DNA of 61,040 bases, counting the filler. It is 13 parts of 13 records of this genome, joined end to end, with 100 filler letters (N's around TTAATTAATTAA, not from the genome) between each part and the next. Parts side by side here need not be neighbours in the genome. Positions count along the whole stretch, not along the records: positions 43,619 to 49,189 come from SRR15195285_4543; positions 49,290 to 53,211 come from SRR15195285_4545; positions 53,312 to 57,358 come from SRR15195285_4546; positions 57,459 to 61,040 come from SRR15195285_4552; 9 more parts are not named here. One strand, written 5' to 3'. Position 1 is the stretch's first letter; each line of letters starts with the position of its first letter. The notes beneath the pieces are model-generated. The model was not told the DNA's origin and searched no databases. It was given only the letters and a program-made list of their open reading frames with translations. Positions 45,353-57,973 of this stretch are shown piece by piece. The translations under genes and the position numbers were made by a program.

Positions 45353-48300
45353 TTACTTCTCAGGTTTCTTGCCCTCTTCGGTGCTTTCGTCTTCTGGGCC
45401 TTTCCCGCCACTACTGCTGCCGCCTGTCGTCATGCTAAAAAACATCTCAACCTCCAGCATCACGGCTGCCTCAGTGCGCCGAACAATTTCATTTTTGACA
45501 TGCAGCTTGCGTCGCTGTCAATTTTGTCACGAGCCACAATCACGCAGCCAACGCGACACCCACACGATCTCAGCTGTTAGTGGCAGCTGGAAGCGCATTC
45601 GAATAATTATGCTAGCAAGTGGAAACCTGGCATTTGACGAAATCAGGCCAATCCGGCACGATACTGGGCGTCTAAATTTGATGCCTACCTCCACAAAGGT
45701 ATAGCTGTCCCAATCATGCAAAATTTGTGTCAAATCTTTGAAAGCTCGGTTTAGCGATGCCACTCTCGTCTCAAGCTTTTGATATTCTAGAATCCCAGAC
45801 AACAAGCTGATAGTTGACGTCTGCACGTAATCATCAAAACAGTACAGCAGAAGGTTCAGCGTGAGTTTAGAGGTGAGCGATTGCGGGCAATGGACTGGGC
45901 AGGTGCTCACCGAGATTGCAATATATAAGTCCATGTTGAGCGTCGCGAGCAGCACACTCACTGTTGACATCACGTACATAAGGACCTGCAAGAGGTTCTT
46001 GCGACTATTCAACTCAGGCAGCTTCTCTTGCATCAGCTTGTGCTGCGGAATAGTGCGGCAGGCGATGTAGTCATGAACAGTGAGTTGAGAGTATCCATCG
46101 TCTTTGAAGTCTTTTTCCACCTCTGGAACATCAGTATCCTCGAGCGTGTCGTACTTTTGCGAGGTCTCTGCGTGCCTTTTCACATTCTTGTTCGCCTTCA
46201 GCTCTGTCAGACGCTGCCGGCGCAGATCATCTTTGAGCTCATCGCTTCTCTCAAATTGCATGGAGGATTGTGACACGGCACTATCTGCCATCACCGTATC
46301 CAAGATGTCCTTCATGTTATCGGTGTATCGTCTTGCGAGCGGCTTTTTCTTCTGGTCGGTGTCCTTGTCGTCAAGCAGCCACGAATCGCTCGTAGCGACA
46401 GCGTTATACGGTGAAGCTCGTGCACGGTACTTGTACGTCTCTGACACACATTGCTCTGAAGCCCATTTGTAGATCACAAACTTTTTGTCTGCGCCAGAAA
46501 GAACGGAAGTCATAAACAGGCGGACTAGATACGACTGACTCTCAGGTGTAAGAAGATACGCAGGTGCAAGAAGGTACGCAGTCTCAGCACATGATATGGC
46601 TGTTGCGCACAGGGGTTGAACTTGGTGTTGATCGTGAGTATCAAACCATTTAGGATCGGCATAACCAGCAGAATGTTTCTCAGGGCTGGCAGCCACTCTT
46701 TCGGTGTCGTGTGCTGAACGTGCCTTGCAGCTGCTATGACATGGCCGCACGCATCTGCTTTCGGCTTAGGCGGAAACGCAGCTTGCTTGGTGATAACAAC
46801 ACACACCAGCAGTAGAGCAATCAGGAGCATGAGGTAGTTGAATATGTCAGACTGCAATTGTTCGCTTTTCGCATTTCTCTCGAAACGGATTGAGTGGTCC
46901 CAGGCCTTGGCCATCGATTGTCGCTCGGCGGGCTTGAAGCCGAGTTGTCGTTCCTCGTCTCCTCCGATCATCGTCAGCATCTGTGCCATCTCGATCTGGC
47001 ACTGCGCGCCAGCCTTCTTATTCTGCGGGTGCAGATCAATTACAATCAGTTCTTCTGATAGAGCTCGTTCAATGGCGCCGTCGAAAAACACTTCGGGTCC
47101 AACTGCATCTGCCGATGCCGAGGCGAAAGTTCCCCCCATCAACACTTCTTCCGTATGCGGGCCCCGCGGGAACTCATCACTCGCGTTCATCGGCGGATTT
47201 TCCACATCTCTGTCTGCATTTGCGCCGGCAGCACACAGATCGAAACGTTTTTGTGACTTCGTTGGAATTTTCTTTGGCTTCGATTGTTCGAGGTTTTTGC
47301 GTTTGTCCCGCTCGTGACGGAGATCAATCATCCTGCTAAGGAGTTCCGATGCGCCTCCACATGTTTTGAACGAGATGACAGGGTTTGATTTGGCGATAAA
47401 CGCGGCTGCACGATTGAAATCAGTCTGTCCGCCATTCATGATAAGGAGGCCCTCAGCGGCGCCCTGCCTGCTCGTCAGCTGGTCTCGTAAATCGTCGACC
47501 TTGTTCCACGGCAAGACTTGCCCCCCATCTCTGTCGAAGCCTTTCTCTTCCTGCCCTCGTACACCACGTTTCACACACGACACACAGCACAAGATATCAG
47601 TCTGGCGATGTTGACACGCCATGTGTGAGCAAATAATGCGCCCGTACGAAGAAGATGAAGTGGGTCGATTCCGGGTGCATGTGCATCTCCTTCTTCTCTC
47701 CTAGTGCTTTCGTTTGTTTCTCAAGCCACTGCATCAGAGAATCTGACCCTTTGCTACCTTGAAGATCCGCAAGCCTCGGGAATGGAGTCTTCGGTGCTAC
47801 GTACGTTACCGCTTCCGGCTCCTTTGGCAGGCGAATCTCTTTCTCGCCCTCTTCGGCCGTCTTTGGTATGTCGACACTTCCCTTTCGCAGCTCTTTCACC
47901 AGGTACGAGTGCAAGTCTTCTCCGTGCAGCTCCTCGCGCTCGCCAGTCTCGCTGTTCTCTCGAACTTGCCCTGCACCTTTTTTTGCCGCAAAGAGGTCCG
48001 GGTTGTCCAGCGACGCAAAGTTAAGCCACGTAGTTGTTTCAAGCGCATCGTAGGTCTGGATGCAGTCACCAATCAGCTGGTGAGGAGCGCCACGGCCGGC
48101 AGAGTTCATAAACCAGCCGTCTGCGTTCGCAACGCCCTTCACGACATCTTTGAAGACATCTAGAGTACGGTCGCAGAACTTGCGGACCATTTGATCTTCG
48201 TCGTCGTCTGAGATGACGTCATTCCCACGGGACGTCGTGCGGGATTCTTCGGGACCGCCGGACCACTGCTTACGTAGGTAATCGTTCTTGATGACGTCCT

Positions 48301-48912
48301 GCGCCTCATCCATATACGACATGCCCCTCGCGCGAACTTCGAAAAGTATTGACGGCTTGCAAATCCGACTGTCTTCGCTTTGCTCGGTGATGTCATCGTT
48401 CGCCGCATCGGGTGCACGCATGAATCTCGCCACGTTTGTGACGAGGTCCTCGGCGCTGTGTTTCTCCGGCACGATGAGGTACTGCGCAGTTTTGCCTGTC
48501 TCCTCCTGCGCAGAACCCAGCAAAGAACAGCCCAAGCTAAGCGAGCAAGACGCCGACAGAGGCATAGCGGAGGGCAAGCCGACGACTGCCGTACAAAGTA
48601 GATCTTCCCATACTTGAACTGTTCGCAGGGTTGCTCCGCGAGGCGATCTTTCTCCGCTTCTTGTTTGGCTGTCAGCTCGTGCTCGGTTGGTTCCGGTTCT
48701 GGCTCCGGGACGGCCTCTGTCTCGGCCAACACCAGCTCGGCCAGCTCCCGGACCCGAGCAGCACTCGGAGTACCACGGATGCTCGGCTCGGGTGCCACAA
48801 CCGCCGAGTCGCGCTCGACCGGCGCAACTTGCCGTTCTGGGGTCCACTGCCCGGCTGGACTGGGCGGATCGAACTGATCCTTTATGTTCTCTATGTCCGA
48901 CACCGCGCCGGC
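45353..48912 (-). CDS. SLOG (LSDAT/TRPM-N-like) domain fused to two SLATT/DUF4231-like 2TM modules; at least 6 exons; 5'-partial
   Basis: Introns at 48594-48506, 47647-47551, 46610-46489, 45910-45821 and 45688-45515 give a continuous frame. Motifs HPESTHFIF, LLIMNGG, PVISFKTCGGASELL; SEQCVSETYKYRARASPY; DDGYSQLTVHDYIACR; W..E..IVRRTE. Confidence 0.7.
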
Positions 48913-48934
48913 CTGCTCCAGCACGACACGTTCT

Positions 48935-49189
48935 CGTCAGAGACAGACTCATCGACAGAGTGACAGAGCGACACAGCGACAGACGCGGCAAGCCGCCGCT
49001 GTCCGCATGTCTGCTGCGGCTCCCATCCATCCATCCATCCAGCCACACAGCCAGGCAGCCAGAGAGACAGACAGGCGCGCGCGCGCGCACACACACAGAG
49101 AGAGCAAGAGACACAACCCCAAATAGCCACCCACAGCCACAGCCACAGCCACCCACAGATACACACACACACACACACACACGGAGAGA
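48935..49189. repeat. Compound microsatellite tract (GACA, CATC, CAGCCA, CA), probably intronic
   Basis: Read directly; lies upstream of the acceptor at 48913 of the SLOG gene. Confidence 0.85.
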
Positions 49190-49289
49190 NNNNNNNNNNN
49201 NNNNNNNNNNNNNNNNNNNNNNNNNNNNNNNNNTTAATTAATTAANNNNNNNNNNNNNNNNNNNNNNNNNNNNNNNNNNNNNNNNNNNN

Positions 49290-52200
49290 AACGCGTTCTA
49301 CACAACCAAGCCAACTCGTGTTACGCGCTCCAGGATCGAAAAGGAGCTATCTCTTGCTGGATTCAAAGGCGGATATGACGCGGCAACTGATGAGCAGCTC
49401 GAGCAAGCCAAGCGTGCAATCATCTTTGCACCTGCTGAGGTTGATCTCTCCGGTCCGTCTTGGATTGAGAAGCTCTTCCGGATGAAAGACCGCGATCGCT
49501 CTGGAACCCTTGACTTCAAAGAGTTCAAGGCGATTGTTCGTCGCTATGGCAAAGTCGGGCCGAAGACACTCTCTGATGAGGACATCTTGCAAGTATTCAA
49601 GCAGGTTGATAGTGATGGGGACAGCCAGATAGACGCAGATGATTTTGAAACGTTCCTGCGTTCGCCACCAGCGGACGTTTTGGTCGCATGGCAGAAAAGC
49701 CAAGGCAGGGCAGCTGGGGGGGCTGGGACGACAGGGGACGTGCAGATGCAAGTGCGTGCAATCGGTCGGTCAGACCGTGACAAGCTCTGGTCGACATACG
49801 ACTGGAACACTAACAACAAACTATCTGTCGCTGAGATCGACAAAGCCTTGCGGCACCATCCTCCTCCAGGCTGGGTTGGAATCCACAACAAGAGAGCTCT
49901 GCTGTTGGCGTTCAAGTCCGCAGACAAGGACTGGTCCGGCTATATTACCCGTCGCGAGTTTAATCGGCTGCTCAAGTATATCGTGTTCTTCCATATGCTA
50001 TGGGAGAACTTTAACGACCTGGACTCAGACGGCGACCACCGGCTTGACTTCGGCGAGTTCTGCCACTGCTGCAGCCACCTGGGACTTGGAGGCGACCTGA
50101 CAGACCAGGAATTGATGGAGGAGTTTGCATCGATTGATACAAACAGGGGGGGCTACATCATGTTCGACGAGTTCTGCGTCTGGATGGCCCAAGCTGTACT
50201 AGGGGAAGATGGTGGAGCGATGACCTGGGAAGAGCTGGTAATAGAATTTCGTGATCAAAAGGAAGGCGGTGCCTGTGTGCTGCACAGGATGGCAATGGAC
50301 GTACCGAACCAAAGCAACGGGCTGCTGAAGCGCTGGGCGAAGTCGTACTATGAATTTGACGTTCACGATCTACAAATGCTCTGGCGGACAAGCCCTCCGG
50401 CTGGCTGGATCGGATTTACGAGCCATCGAGCGCTACGCCTAGCATTTGCTGCGACAGATATCTTGCAGGCGGATGTCATCGGCCGCGAATCACTGAGCGA
50501 CCTCTTAAAGTACATTTGCTACTTCCACGTGCTGTCCTCACAGCTGCTCGACACGGACGAGATGACAGCAGTATGGCTCGGGCGAGTGGAGTGTCGCGGT
50601 GTGAGCTGGGACGAACTTGACGTCTGGTTTGCAGAACACCAAAGCTACGCGCGGCGGGTTGCTCGCGGAGAGCAGCCCTGGCTTGATGAGGTGGGTCCTC
50701 GCGATACCAGCCACAGCGCGCACCGCGCTAGTCCAGTCTGTTGCTCCCCACAGCATCTTCACATGAGCCGGCAGCAACAGGAGCCGAGTCATGCCGCTTC
50801 CGGGTCCGCAAGCGATCACAAAGACTACAGTCTCGTCCCTGAAGACAACATCAACGATGACAGTGTCAGTGCCGATAAGTTTGAGGCGAAAGCTGCGGAG
50901 TTTGCTTCCAAGGCAGCTGTCGTTGAAGCAGATGTCAAAAATGCAGAGCTCGAGACTGAGCTCGAGCACCAAAAGCGCCTGGTAGAGGAGCTGCGCGTAC
51001 AGATGCAGGAACAACAGCGTCAGCAAATGGAAGAGATGCGCGTGCTTCAAGAGCAGATGGCCAAATCGATGTTTCCAGCGCCGGCCCCAGTGAGATCAAG
51101 TGCACAGGAGAAGCAGCTGCTGTCACAAGTTGCGAAGTTAGACGAAGACGCACAGTCGACTGATTTGGAGTCTGGCGGCGACTCTGATGCAGATGACCTT
51201 CTGCAGCAGAGAGGGGAAGAAAGCCACGGTCCTGGCGGAACCATAGAGCTTCACCTTAAGGAGAAAGGTCCTCTTGGGTTTGCAGTTTCTCAGTCAGGTG
51301 GAAACACCCCCGCAGGCAATAGCGGCGGTAATGAGTGGCTGGTGACATCCATCTCTGCTGAAGATGGCCCCAACTCATTGGACGTCGAGAGGAGCGGATT
51401 GGAGGCAGGCTGGGTTCTATGGAAAGCAGGCAAGGTATCAGGTAAGGAGAAGCTGCTGGGCGAATTGTCATTTGTGCAGGTGACACGCCTGCTTAAAGAT
51501 CGGCCGATCAATCTCATTTTCAGCAAGCACAAGCAAAGCCAGACTCCGTACAAGGAAGCTGAGGATGTCACAGCAGCTAGAGCAGCGGTGGCGGAGAATG
51601 CGACTGCACTGAGGCAGGATAATCCCGAAGAGAGAGACAGGGATGCGAATGACCTAAACCAGGAGCGTGCGGTTGCGTTGAAACGAGACACGAAAGAAGC
51701 GCGAGAAGCAAGCCATCGGAGGGACACTGCTGGGCAGCGCCAGCGCCAGCAAACCGTTGGAAAGACGAACAAAAAGTCACTGTTGCGTGGATTTGGTGGC
51801 GCACCAGACAGCAATAGTGACAGCGACAGCGATTCAGAGCTAGACCTGTCTTCTGGGTCTTCTGGATCCTCCTCTGCGGATGAAGACGGCGAAGCTGACA
51901 ATGTGACCTCATCGGTAGCCACGGCGCGCAAACGCCAACAAGCAGCAGCATCGGCAGTAGCAGCTGAACAAGCGGCAAGCATGGCGGGAGCCATTGCACC
52001 TTCGCGCTCTTCAGGTGGAAGCAACGGTAACCGATCATCAGGCAAAGATGAGGCTGATGCAGTGCAGTTTGCGGCAACAGGGGATAAATTGGCGATCTAT
52101 ACGTTGCATGGCGAGCGTGGTGGCTCCTATCCTCAAGAGGCGTCGCTGGTGTTGAAGCACGAGAGATTCTTCTGGCTAAGTGCTGCCTCCCCCGCGCCAA

Positions 52201-52840
52201 TGCTATGCTGGGACAAGAAGAAAACCAGGATCCCCAGCGCAAAGAAAGGCCTACTAGCGGTTGAGCCAGGGTTGCCGATGCCATATGCTGGAACAACTCA
52301 ACGTAGTGCCCGAGAGTGGTTTAACGAGTTCGACACGGATGGCTCTGGCACGATTTCGGACGACGATTTCGCGGAGCTCTACAAGCGTGCAAGGTGCGCA
52401 ACCACACTCATACTTAGACACAGCAGCCACAAGCAATGATTTGCAGATGGAGAGAATAATGCATAGTGTGTCTAATCGATGGAACTATGCGCAGGGGAGA
52501 GAAACTTTCCTACAAGGATAGGGCTGCTGCTGTGGCTGCCATAGACACAGACGGGAGCGGCACGATTCAGTTCCGGGAGTTTGAACAGTGGTGGTCAGCT
52601 CATGTCGATAGGTCCCAGGCTGGTGAGTTGGCCAAAGTCAACGCCTAACCCAGCTGGTGTTATGATCACCGTGCCTGCTTGCGTGGTTATCTGCGTGCAG
52701 CTTCAGGTGGTGACTTGGAGAAGTGGCGTCCGCGCGCGCTGACTGTAAAGCTAGTTGGTGACGCCGAGTTGCTGCTAATAGCAAAGCACCCAACTACGAG
52801 ACAGCGATGGCTCACGGCAATGCTGGCAGCGCTGCGGTGA
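49290..52840 (+). CDS. Multi-EF-hand protein with calflagin/FCaBP-like region, coiled coil, PDZ-like segment and C-terminal PH domain split by an EF-hand pair; 5'-partial
   Basis: Frame open from the contig start. DRDRSGTLDFKEF; LSVAEIDKA..AFKSAD..EEFASIDTNRGGYIMFDEFC. Introns at 52394-52494 and 52623-~52700. Ends RQRWLTAMLAALR*. Confidence 0.8.
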
Positions 52841-53311
52841 GGGTGCGTGACACCGCTGCGGTACTGGTACATGTACTATACTGGTGACTATCTTGCATCT
52901 ATAACGATGAATATATCTCTCGATTAGCGCCGGCAGTGTTGAATACGGCATTAGGCTGTAGGATGTACCGACACGTACCCGCTGTTACATGGGCAAGTAG
53001 ATAGATCTATGTCAGAATGGATCTAGCTAGGACGGAGCAGGTGGGTGGCCTGCGGACGGTTGGTGCTTGTAACGGGACGACGGCGCCCGTTTGGCGGCGC
53101 TGATGTAGGCGCTGCGTGTGCACGCTGAACGTAGCGTACTCTGTGAGCCGCTCGTTGAATTTACGAAATGACCAACTCCTTTCGCATCGACAAACAGGAG
53201 CATTACGAGTTNNNNNNNNNNNNNNNNNNNNNNNNNNNNNNNNNNNNNNNNNNNNTTAATTAATTAANNNNNNNNNNNNNNNNNNNNNNNNNNNNNNNNN
53301 NNNNNNNNNNN

Positions 53312-56300
53312 GCTGTTGATGCCCTGGGTCACGATGTCTACATTGATCCGAATAGCACAACGTTTGCTCGTGGAGACTGGAACTTACCGCAGTTCGTGGT
53401 CATTGGAGCACGCGATGACTTCGCTGCTGAGTCCAAGCAGGCCGTGCACACTGTATATGCATCGTCAGAGAGCGCGGACAAACACTACAGGATTGATGAA
53501 ACGTCAGTGCTGAATTTGACTGTCATCGACAACGATGAGTTTGCGCTCATCGTCGACATCGACCCGCGGACTGAGGTGTCACAAGGGACCATTCAGCTCC
53601 ATGAGGGCAGCAACTCGGCCGAAGGGACGAACACTGGTTTGTATCGGCTTTCTCTTGGCGCTCAACCTTCAGAAGAAGTCACAGTCCGGATCGAGGTCTC
53701 CGGGCTGTACAGGGACGACATGTTGCTGTCGGACGCATTCAACGTCCCTGTACATCACGTGACGTTCACTCCCGAAAACTGGGACACAGAGCAGTCAGTC
53801 TACCTGACTGCTGTGGATGACTGCCAGGACGAGGGACTTGAGCAGTTTTTGATCGTCAACACTTTGACAGCACGAGGACGCGGCGACGTGGTGCAAAACA
53901 TCTCAGTAGCGCTGATGGACGATGACTTTCTTGAGGAACCTGCGGGATACAAAATGTTCCACCCGAGAGCAGGACCCCTCACCGGCGACACGATCATTGA
54001 ACTGGCAGCCGAGGTCAACGATGAGAATGTCTTCGGCACGAATCTGCGGATAGGCGGTCTGGGTATTCGGTGCCGTTTCACGGATAAGTACGGAGACTAC
54101 GACGAAACCACCGGGGATTTTGCACAAGAAAACATTCTTCGGACGGAGCCACAACCAGACGATTCTGCCAAAATTACCTGTGTTGGTTCTGCCAAAATTA
54201 CCTGTACCACGCCGGAATGGCCCGCTGAGGCGGAAGGTGAGTCGCCTTTTCTGTCTGGCTCTTTGTTCGTTGCAATACGGACGACTCTGACATTGCATTC
54301 CTTGCACAGTGGATGTTGAAGTGAGCATCGACGGCGGTACGTACGTGCCTGCGAACATGACTTTCCACTTCTACAGATTCGAGACCATGGCTGCTAGTCC
54401 GTTACTCGGGCCAGAGACAGGGGGAACTCTGGTCAGCGTTCACGGCACGCCCGATGCAGGCTATACCCCTTCCTTTAGGTTTGGAAACATCACGGTTCCT
54501 GGCGTACGGGACGAGACGAGAATCGCAAGCTGTGACAGCCCGGCGTATTCCGGCTCCACTTTGTCTGAATGCGAAGGTTACAATAGCTCGGCCGTAGAGA
54601 TCAGTCTCAATGGGCAACAGTTCTCGCCTGTGGGAGATTTCGTGTACTACAGCAGAGATGCGCCTTGTCTTCACAGAGTTGATCCTGCAAGCGGACCCGT
54701 TGATGGCGGAACCAATATTTCCGTTGCCTTCACTGCACCATTTCTGCGTACGCATCCATCCAGTTTTTTCATCCTTGATTTGCACTGCCCAGCAGTGTTT
54801 ATGCTGACCCGCTGATTGCGATTGATGTTGCCTTTCCCAGCTGGAGCGATATGGTCTTGTCAATTCATGAGCAGCCAAGGAAATGACGCTGCGCTAGGCA
54901 CAGTTTCCTATCTTCAGGGACACCGCCAGCTGACCTGTGTGACGCCACCATTGGCTGGATCCAACGTCCAACTGCGCGCAACATTGAATGGCCAGCAGTA
55001 TTCCACCAGGAGTCTAAATTTTTCGTCTTACGAACGCCCGACCGTGGATTCGATGGCTTCTGCTGATTCCAACATCTGGCCGCAGGTGAGCGTTGACATA
55101 CGGTCGCTCGTGCCGATTGAGCTGACTGGCGTGATTGCGAGCTCAGACGTGGCTGCTGTAAGACTGTGGCCGCAAGAACGTTCCAACGGGGAGTGGGTCG
55201 AGTTCAATGGTCTTCATGCCAGCGAGAACAAGCTCAGTTTCACCATGGGAAATCCCGTGGGCGACCTGCGGCTACTAAGCGCTGGAGCAGATGCACGGGT
55301 CTTGATATCGTTGAATGGCCAGCAGTTCGATGACACTGGTAAAGTGCTCAGCCTATTTAATCTGAGCACCCCAGCTGTGCTCCAGTCTGTGAAACCTGCG
55401 TCAGGCACCAAAGAGGGCGGCACCACCGTCAAGCTTACCGGCAAGAACTTCGCTGGCCTAGCGACACTACGGTGTAGGTTTGAGACGCCCACTTCGACGG
55501 AAGACAAGGAGGCAACATTCGAGAGCTCACGGTTGGTGAGCTGCCTCACACCGCCGAGCGACGATGGAGGCGAGACCGTACCTGCAGATGCAGTATTGAC
55601 GATCACGAATGGCATGGACCTGTGGAGTCTCGAGCAGAGCTTCAGATACACTGCGACGAGTCCAGAACACTGCATAGCACAGGGTCCTGGTGTGGGCTCA
55701 CCAGCTGCGAGGCTGCGCGCGGGCGAATGGGCTTCGTTTTCAATTTTTGCCAAGACAAACGAGGGTGCATCCAGGAAAAACGGTGGCGACCAATTTTATG
55801 TCAGCTTGGCAAGTGATCATGATGAATACACTGGGTTCGCGATTGACCTGGATGATGCGTACTACGAGCCAGCAAGCTGGCCATCTGGTATCAACCAGAC
55901 AATGGTCCACTCACAGCAGTATGTTGCAGTTGACGGATCTGGGCCTCAGCCGGCCAACGCAGGCTCTTACCTCGGGCTCTACAACGTTACCCGAAGCGGC
56001 AGCTACGAAATAAGTGTTACAGCTGGTGGTACTGCCATTTTCGACAACCCTTTTGCGGTACGAATTTTCCCCAGTGACTTCGATGTGGAGAACTCGTTGC
56101 TCCAAGGGAGGGGAGGGCGATTGCAACGCAGCATGGCGGGTGAAACAGTGACATTTGATCTGTACTACCGTGATCGGTATGGCAACTACATTGACTTGGA
56201 CCCAAGCCCCGCAGTGGAGGTGTGGCTTGAAGGCATTGGTGGCATTGCCGACGTGACATTTAGGACCAATAAGGTAGCGGTGCATCACGCAAGTGCGACC

Positions 56301-57358
56301 GCGAGTATGTCCGTTGCAGGAGACTACCAGGTGAATTGTTTAGTGGATGGCGTGTCGGCACTGGGGTCAGGCTTGTCGTTCACTGTAGAGGCAGCCAACG
56401 CATCTGCAACGCGGTCTGCACAACAGTTGAATGCTACGTTCGTCGTAACTGCAACCGATGCCCCGACGCCCTTGTTCACACTGGTTGTTCGCGATGAGTT
56501 CGACAACGTGCGGTCCGGATGCGGCACCACTACTTTTTGTGACGATCTTCAGGTCTCGGCTACACACGTCACTAAAGTGCAACCAGATGGAAGTCCGCTG
56601 GAGTCTCGATCTGAGGTGATGCTGTCCGCACCCGGGCATTACATTGTTCAGTTCTTCCCCCGTGTAGCTGGGACATATAACTTGACTGTACAACTCAACG
56701 GGGTTGCGTTGGCATTGGAAAATGCAACTGCGACAGTGCGACCAGCCGACCTGGCGGTAGATGTTCCCAGCGGTTCCAACGTCACCAAGCAGCTCGGATC
56801 TGTTGTTGCCGGGGCGACTGCCAGCTTCCAAATAGATGGCCGCGATCAGTACGGCAACTTGCGCGACGAGTCGGACGGTCCTTATCAGGTGCAGCTGAAG
56901 CGCAGGGCGGGTATCGAGGGGATTAAGCTTGACAGTGAACCTATTGAGATTAAGCTTGACAGTGAACCTATTCCAGAAACTCCTGGCAGTCACACTGTCA
57001 GCTACACGGCCACAGTGTCTGGAGTTTATGACGTACATGTGTATCACTCTGGTAAGCCGCTGTATTGGAGCCCCGTAAATCTCACCAGAGGCCAGGGGGA
57101 TCTCCGCATTGATCCGGCAGCACCTGACGCCAACCGGTCCGAAGCATTTGTGCCAGCACTTCCTGGTGTGACTGCTGGCCTCACATCCACGTGTGAGGTG
57201 CACCTGAAGGATCGTTTCGGCAATCCGACAAACGGCGACGAATCTGAAAAGAGGCGTATCGCGGCGAGGATCGAATCTGCTGACATGCCGACGTTTTGGA
57301 AAGAGAACAGGGACCAAATACCCTGGCGGTTTGCCATTCGTGCGGACGGGACCGAAAA
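53312..57358 (+). CDS. Fragment of a giant surface protein: Calx-beta-like, IPT/TIG and filamin-type Ig repeats; truncated at both ends
   Basis: FTPENWDTEQ..AVDD; PASGPVDGGTNI, ISLNGQQF (TIG); RDRYGN, RDEFDN, RDQYGN, KDRFGN (filamin). Introns at 54237-54309 and 54748-54840. Confidence 0.85.
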
Positions 57359-57973
57359 NNNNNNNNNNNNNNNNNNNNNNNNNNNNNNNNNNNNNNNNNN
57401 NNTTAATTAATTAANNNNNNNNNNNNNNNNNNNNNNNNNNNNNNNNNNNNNNNNNNNNACGACCAAAGCCGAAGCCCAGCCGAGGGACAGAGGTGCGCTC
57501 GCCACAGCCAGAGACAAACCAAACGGGGAGAGGGATCGCACAACATGGTGCGACTAGGCGGATCATGGTATGAAGGCGTCAAGGGGGGCAAAGCCCCCCG
57601 TCGCAGAACACACATCACATCATTGCGAATGTTCTAAACAGTAGATATCACGAGTTGAGGAATTCAGGATTCATCGGATCGGGTGAAGTCTTCATATGAT
57701 CGCGTGTGACCATGCAGCTGTTGTCTCGTGTCGAAGACTGACGGAGATTGATGAATTTAGCGAGACTGGGAATTGTCGAAGGGGCGAATTCAAATCATAC
57801 ACGCGGCAGTCAGTGACCTTGCTGTGGCTACCGATTGAGCCGGCGACGCTTGATATCTCGAGTATGGTGTATGATAGGATTGACACCGGGCATTTATAAG
57901 GCCTTATGCCCGGTGTTAGCGTTGTGAAAACTGCTAAAGTCAACGAATCAATTTTTGCACACTCACGTGGATC

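Noticed and set aside
501-45910. Excess of stop-free introns with length divisible by three (501-560, 653-718, 1241-1312, 4656-4757, 5056-5271, 13457-13531, 45821-45910)
   Set aside because: About seven of roughly 35-40 hand-called introns. The sample is small, the introns are short and GC-rich, and none is transcript-validated, so no enrichment can be claimed.
48913-49182. ORFs starting MCVCVCV
   Set aside because: Translations of microsatellite, probably intronic.
6652-57458. Regularly recurring TTAATTAATTAA flanked by N runs as a biological repeat or CRISPR-like array
   Set aside because: It is an artificial six-frame-stop linker. Gene neighbourhoods across these spacers are meaningless.
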